Shown here: piece after piece, positions 62,033-64,000 of the stretch | How the letters are laid out: the number at the start of each line of letters is the position of its first letter | Numbering within the stretch: the first letter of the stretch is position 1 | NCBI GenBank assembly: GCA_964016885.1 | Contig: OZ024742.1 | Location: forward strand, 258,726,001 to 258,790,000 | DNA length: 64,000 nucleotides | From: Eledone cirrhosa | Lineage: Eukaryota | Direction: 5' to 3' | Notes under the pieces: model-generated | What the model was told of the DNA's origin: nothing | The model's input: the letters and a program-made list of their open reading frames with translations, nothing else | The model's database searches: none | Position numbers and translations under genes: made by a program

Positions 62033-62479
62033 ACTAGACCTGAAAAATGCGCACGCTCAAAAGAGCCACAGAATGTTATAATAAACCTTCAAAAGTGTGG
62101 GACTAGATTTGTTGCTCAAAAATATTCTAATCATTATTTATCATACAGTCTGTGGCATCTTTTTATAAAAAAAGAGACTTATAACGAACTCTAGATGACA
62201 CGATACTTATTTAAGTGAATTTATAATATAGAGTTCGGTTTATGTGCATTTCGTATTAATCATTACTAAACATCTAATATGAGATATTGAACATTAGCTT
62301 AAATAATTATCGTGTCGTCTTGAGTTCGTTATGAGTCTCTTTTTTATAAAAGGATACCACAGAGTGTACGATAGATAACGATTACAATATTTTTGAGCAG
62401 CAACTCTAGTCCCACACTTTTGAAGGTTTATTATAACATTCTGTGGTTCTTTTGAGCTTGCGTATTTTTCAGGTCTAGT
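62033..62479. mobile_element. MITE with ~180-bp TIRs and TAA target duplication
   Basis: TAA-ACTAGACCTGAAAAAT...ATTTTTCAGGTCTAGT-TAA; no HHR seen. Confidence 0.8.
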
Positions 62480-62967
62480 TAATTATTGGTGTGTATGTGA
62501 CTTAAATATCTGAGAAATGAAGTTGAAACTTCGCTGATTTTAAAAGACATTTTCTCTCTTGTTTTGAAAGGCAGATGTTGTATCAAGCTGTACCTATATT
62601 TGATCTATTCTCTATTAAATTTCTATATGTGTTTTTGAGGGCGGGTGGCTTATTCATTGGAATGTTTATTATCAGGGTCGTAATGCCATGTTTTGGAACC
62701 CGGTGGCGCGCTGTCTTTGAATAAGACATTTTAAACATGTAAATTCAATCAACTCAGCTGAGAACAGAAAAGTTGTACTTTTAGTTTAAAGGCCTGTCCT
62801 TGTGAAGCACAATGTTGCGGTTACTCTCCATGAGATGTATGGAATGCTCTGCAATTTGCACGCTAATTACACGAGCTGGCTGCTCTTTTGTTCATAGCAT
62901 CTACAACAGATACGTTGTTGTTATTGTGTTCTAATAAAAAAGGAGTTACCAACATTCTAATAATTGT

Positions 62968-63304
62968 GAGAAATGAAATTTCGTTTCAATTTTTCCGTTT
63001 ATCGTTTTCGGTGGGCCTGGCCGATTAACTCACTCGATATGCAAATTAAGCTGCTCAGCCATTAATATGCATGAGGAAAGTATATACTTTCAGACGTTCA
63101 CTCTACTGGCAGGAAGGTATACGTTGCTGACGATAGCTAATAAGCTTGAAACTAGTACAGCGTTCCTTTGTCAGTGTTGAACAAATGAGCAACGATGGTT
63201 GCTAGACACTGTACGGCTTAATTCGGGATGTTTGTTTACAAACACACCGAGCATTATAATAAATGTTCGGTGAATTCATACGTACATATATATATGTGTG
63301 CATG

Positions 63305-63348
<44 letters not shown>

Positions 63349-63451
63349 CTACTGTACGCCTGTATACATATATGTATGTACGTATACATACTTACATTTA
63401 AATAACAGCCGTACTAAAATTGAGAAATGAAATTACGTTTCATTTTTTTCC

Positions 63452-63456
<5 letters not shown>
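62968..63456 (+). mobile_element. Family A unit with ~35-nt terminal redundancy; HHR at 63121-63163
   Basis: GAGAAATGAAATT.CGTTTCA..TTTTCCGTTTAT at 62968 and 63422; ACGTTG-CTGACGA-AGCT/AGCT-GAAA-CTAG-TA-CAGCGT. Confidence 0.88.
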
Positions 63457-63503
<47 letters not shown>

Positions 63504-63628
63504 ATAATAATAAATGTGAAGACTAAAGTCCAAAGAGGGCTCGATAAGGGTAATATATATACAAAAATGTATAGAGCATAGAGTACAAAAATGTATAAAA
63601 CCATAGAGCAAATATTTCTTAAAATAAC

Positions 63629-63729
63629 AGATTATAGTTTAAGAAAAGAATCGCTGTTTCACCCTTAGCAGGATCATCAGAAGATCCCGTTAAGGGTGAG
63701 ACAGGGATTCTTTTCTTAAACTTTAATCT
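63629..63729. repeat. Family C fold-back centred on the HHR core
   Basis: AGATTATAGTTTAAGAAAAGAATC...GATTCTTTTCTTAAACTTTAATCT around GGATCATCAGAAGATCCC. Confidence 0.8.
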
Positions 63730-63850
63730 ATCTGTGGACTTTATGATCTTTCATAAGGACACCTGCATTTCATAAGCATACACTATTGTAATGAGAAAAA
63801 GTTATTAAATATATCACTAAAATGCTATCGGTATATTATATATATATATA

Positions 63851-63985
<135 letters not shown>

Positions 63986-64000
63986 GTATGTGTATGTGGA

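Overview
This is very AT-rich eukaryotic repetitive DNA with no recognisable host protein-coding gene. The repeat content looks like a coleoid cephalopod (octopus-like) genome, which is an inference. The window is a patchwork of (TA)n/(CA)n microsatellites carrying many insertions. These include Penelope-like retroelements (PLEs: RT + C-terminal GIY-YIG) of two lineages, several with 5' inversions. One lineage is a CxCx5C 'Hydra'-type (35.6-38.2 kb, 41.0-45.5 kb). The other is a CCHH Neptune/Nematis-type (16.3-17.8, 26.3-27.3, 46.0-48.1 kb). There are also LINE remnants (CR1-group, RTE, R4/Dong-like, Tx1/L1), a deleted DD37D (maT) Tc1/mariner transposon, a MITE and SINE remnants. The most striking feature is a dense population of short non-coding elements built around type I hammerhead ribozyme (HHR) motifs. 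By manual reading there are about 40 HHR-like motifs, 18 with a canonical CUGANGA/GAAA/UH core and pairing stem I, in more than 10 distinct families. They occur as tandem or terminally redundant units (retrozyme-like) or as fold-back palindromes with an HHR on each strand. Some share ends or ribozyme stems with the coding PLEs. Nearly all long ORFs in the supplied track are microsatellite artefacts. All folds were read by eye, and element boundaries are approximate.
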